In this document: one piece after another, positions 61,587-64,000 of the stretch
Layout: every line of letters starts with the position of its first letter
Position numbering within the stretch: position 1 is the stretch's first letter
Virus record (IMG/VR): IMGVR_UViG_3300042922_000982
Location: 32,001 to 96,000 of that record
Source of the DNA: a virus
Strand: one strand, 5' to 3'
Length of the DNA stretch: 64,000 nucleotides
Made by a program: the position numbers and the translations under genes
The notes under the pieces: generated by a model
What the model saw: only the letters and a program-made list of their open reading frames with translations
Database searches by the model: none
What the model was told of the DNA's origin: nothing

Positions 61587-64000
61587 CTACTCCAGATCCG
61601 GCTCGGCGTGCCCGGCGGTACGGCCGGGCGCGCGATCGCTGCGTTTCTTGCCCATGAACTGGGCCTTCACGCGAGCGGGAGCCGCCTCGGCACCTTCCAC
61701 CCGGCCGAAGCGCGCCGCCTGGCGCACCTCGCCTGCCAGCTTCTGCTTGCGGGCAACCGCGATCCCCTTCTTCTCGTCCAGGGTCGAGACCCCGGCCGTG
61801 TGCGAGCGGGTGATGACGCGGTGCACGATCGCCTTCGGCACCGAGCCGGTGAGGCGGGCGTGACGCCCGTAGAGCTGCTCCAGGTTGGCCTGGTTGTAGT
61901 CGCCGTCCAGGTCGATCAGGTGCGTGCCGCGACCCAGGTTGACACCCGAGGCCGCGATGTTCGAGCTGACGACCAGGATCTTGTGCGCCTCGTTCTCGTT
62001 GAAGCTCTTGACCGTATCGTTGCGCGAGGCGCTGATGCGGGTGTCGTGCTTCTCGACAGGCGACGTCTCCTCGTCCTCCGCGCCCGGCTCGGGCGTGAAG
62101 TCCTCGTCGGTGCCGCCCGCCTCCTCGTGCGCCGCCTTCAGCTCGTCTTGCGACGCGCGGATGACGCCGTACTTGTAGCCCAGGCGATCGGCATCGGCGC
62201 CGCCCGCCATCTTCTGCACGTCGGCATGGGCCCGCTTGAGGCGTTCGTACGTGTTGGACGTCTCGGGGAAGGTGCTGAGGCGATCGCGGGTGTCCGCGTG
62301 CGCCCGCGCCACCGCCTTGAGGTTGCGGTGCTCGACCTCCTCCTCGTGCGTCAGACCGCCCGCCGCCGCCTTGGCGGACAGGTGGTTGTGGCGCTCGTAG
62401 GCGTGCTTCGTGTTGTCGTGGGTGTCTTGCAGGCTGGCCTTGAGGGCCTGGTGCTTGGTCGCCTCTTCGTGCATCTGGCGCTCGATCGGCTCCAGGCTGC
62501 TCTCGAGGTGGCGCTTGGCGTTGGCGCCCGAGTACTCGCCCATCACGCGCTTGGCCACCCCTTCGAGGTGGTTCTGGCCGTTGACGCGCTTGGAGGCGAG
62601 GATGATCTTGGCGTGGGGGTCGTTGCGCATGATCTCGCGCACCTTGTCCTCCACGGCCTTGATCTTGTGAGCGTGAAGCTCCTCCTCCGAGTGGGCGATC
62701 GCCGCCAGGGCGCCCTTGCCGATCTTGCCGTCCTTGCCGCCGCCCTCGATCGCGCTCATGGCGCCAGAGCTGTGAAGCTCCTCGTGGTGGCGTTGGATCA
62801 TGGCGTCGTGCTCGGGGCCGAGATCGACGTGCATGTCCTGCAACTGGGCCGACGGGGGACGCATCTCGGCGTCGAGGTCCTCGTTGGTGGAGGTCACCAT
62901 GTAGCGGCTGAGCTTGTTACCCAGCTCGGCCTTCTTCTCCTCGTTGATGCCGATCAGGTGGCCGGTCGACTCGTCCTTGATGCCGTAGTTCTTGATGAAC
63001 TGCTTCTCGGTGCCGAGATCGTGCTGGCCACGGTGCGTCATGTTGACGAGGTTGAGCTGCTCGCCCAGGTGGTTCTGGATCGGCGTGCCCGTGAGCGCCA
63101 TGACGCCCTTGGCCCGGCCGTGCTGCGACGCCTTCAAGCCCGCGTCCTCGTGGTCGAGGCCGTGGATGTAGGCGTCCACCACCCGGCGCTGGCCGCCCTG
63201 CGTGCCCGCGCGGTTGAGCGTGTGCGCCTCGTCGACGATCACGCCGTCGAAGCCCTGCTCTTTCAGGTGCTGGGCGATCGGCTTGCCGCCCACCTTCTTG
63301 TTGCCGTGCACCGGGGCGCCGTCCTCGCCGAACAGCTCGTGCGCCTTGATGTTGTGCTCCGCCTCCAGGGCCGCCTGGACCTCGGGCCGGTGCAGATCAT
63401 CGTGCGTGAGCCCCTTGTCGCGCATCACGTCCGCGAGCTTGACCGCCCCGATGCGGGTGGCCTTGTTCGCGAGCATGGAGCGCGTGACGACGTGGTACTT
63501 CGCGTTCGGGCTGATGTCCTTGCCGAACGAGATCTCGCCGCCCTCGTGGTGATCACCGGCGCCGGGCAGGTGCGGCTTCATGCCGAAGAAGGCCGCCGCG
63601 TCGTCTTTCCAGGCTTTCGCCTGGGTGGTGGAGGGCACCACGACCAGGTGCTTCTGCGCCGCGTCCGGGTTCTTCACCTTGGCAAGCTCGGCCGCCGCGA
63701 GCGCGGAGCTGGTCTTGCCGTTGCCGACGCCGAGCGCGCTGATGGTGCGCTGCCCGCCGTTGACGTAGTGGTGAATCATCTTCTGCTGGTGCTTGGTGAA
63801 CCCGATCTGACGGCCGTTGGTGTCGCCGTTGATGTGGCTCAACAGGCCAGGGATCGCCGTGGTCGCCTTGCCCTCGGGGCCGTAGACGTGAGAGCCCAGC
63901 TCGTCGAAGCCGTTGATCTGGTCGGCTGCGAGGGCCGCTTTTTGGCGGACCTGCTGCAAGCGCGGCAGGATGTCGCCGCGCAGCTTGACGCCGCCGAGCA
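61587..64000 (-). CDS. SNF2-family (SF2) helicase/ATPase domain protein, 5'-truncated by the window edge
   Basis: ALGVGNGKT (I), VIVDEAH (II), ALTGTPIQN (III), SGVNL...QLYGRHAR (V/VI); frame open to 64000. Confidence 0.88.
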   Translation of the reverse strand, partial: LGGVKLRGDILPRLQQVRQKAALAADQINGFDELGSHVYGPEGKATTAIPGLLSHINGDTNGRQIGFTKHQQKMIHHYVNGGQRTISALGVGNGKTSSALAAAELAKVKNPDAAQKHLVVVPSTTQAKAWKDDAAAFFGMKPHLPGAGDHHEGGEISFGKDISPNAKYHVVTRSMLANKATRIGAVKLADVMRDKGLTHDDLHRPEVQAALEAEHNIKAHELFGEDGAPVHGNKKVGGKPIAQHLKEQGFDGVIVDEAHTLNRAGTQGGQRRVVDAYIHGLDHEDAGLKASQHGRAKGVMALTGTPIQNHLGEQLNLVNMTHRGQHDLGTEKQFIKNYGIKDESTGHLIGINEEKKAELGNKLSRYMVTSTNEDLDAEMRPPSAQLQDMHVDLGPEHDAMIQRHHEELHSSGAMSAIEGGGKDGKIGKGALAAIAHSEEELHAHKIKAVEDKVREIMRNDPHAKIILASKRVNGQNHLEGVAKRVMGEYSGANAKRHLESSLEPIERQMHEEATKHQALKASLQDTHDNTKHAYERHNHLSAKAAAGGLTHEEEVEHRNLKAVARAHADTRDRLSTFPETSNTYERLKRAHADVQKMAGGADADRLGYKYGVIRASQDELKAAHEEAGGTDEDFTPEPGAEDEETSPVEKHDTRISASRNDTVKSFNENEAHKILVVSSNIAASGVNLGRGTHLIDLDGDYNQANLEQLYGRHARLTGSVPKAIVHRVITRSHTAGVSTLDEKKGIAVARKQKLAGEVRQAARFGRVEGAEAAPARVKAQFMGKKRSDRAPGRTAGHAEPDLE

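Noticed and set aside
1-64000. Stop-codon reassignment explaining the short genes
   Set aside because: dnaN, DUF932, DHH and SNF2 are intact under code 11, and TAG/TGA/TAA are followed by SDs and new starts.

Overview
This is a GC-rich (about 70%) stretch of what is most plausibly a large or jumbo bacteriophage genome, in its accessory or early region. From 141 to 59759 about 125 short, tightly packed, mostly unknown genes all read on the + strand. They converge at a bidirectional terminator (about 59800) with a - strand block holding DUF1643, two aberrant tRNA-like genes, a structured non-coding stretch and the 3' part of a large SNF2-type helicase gene. Recognisable genes include a DUF932 protein, a DNA polymerase III beta clamp (dnaN), a DUF6011 protein, SpoVS, a CbeA/YeeU-like antitoxin domain, an exported OB-fold protein, a DHH/DHHA1 phosphoesterase and many small Zn-finger proteins. 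No capsid, terminase, integrase, transposase or CRISPR array is visible. The main non-coding signal is a modular expression cassette in 17 copies: GGAAC-N16-GGATA-N9-AGG (spacing invariant in all 17), then a 5' GC hairpin, usually a CCGTYACCCCCAYCG box, and a start-associated GGAGAACCGCC-ATG. The copies show signs of recombining and shuffling genes (mosaic halves, a 35-bp Campbell-type duplication, upstream ORFs running into the element). Also notable are a 141-nt giant tRNA-Leu(CAG)-like RNA and about 65 copies of the HIP1 octamer GCGATCGC. All assignments were made by eye, without database searches.
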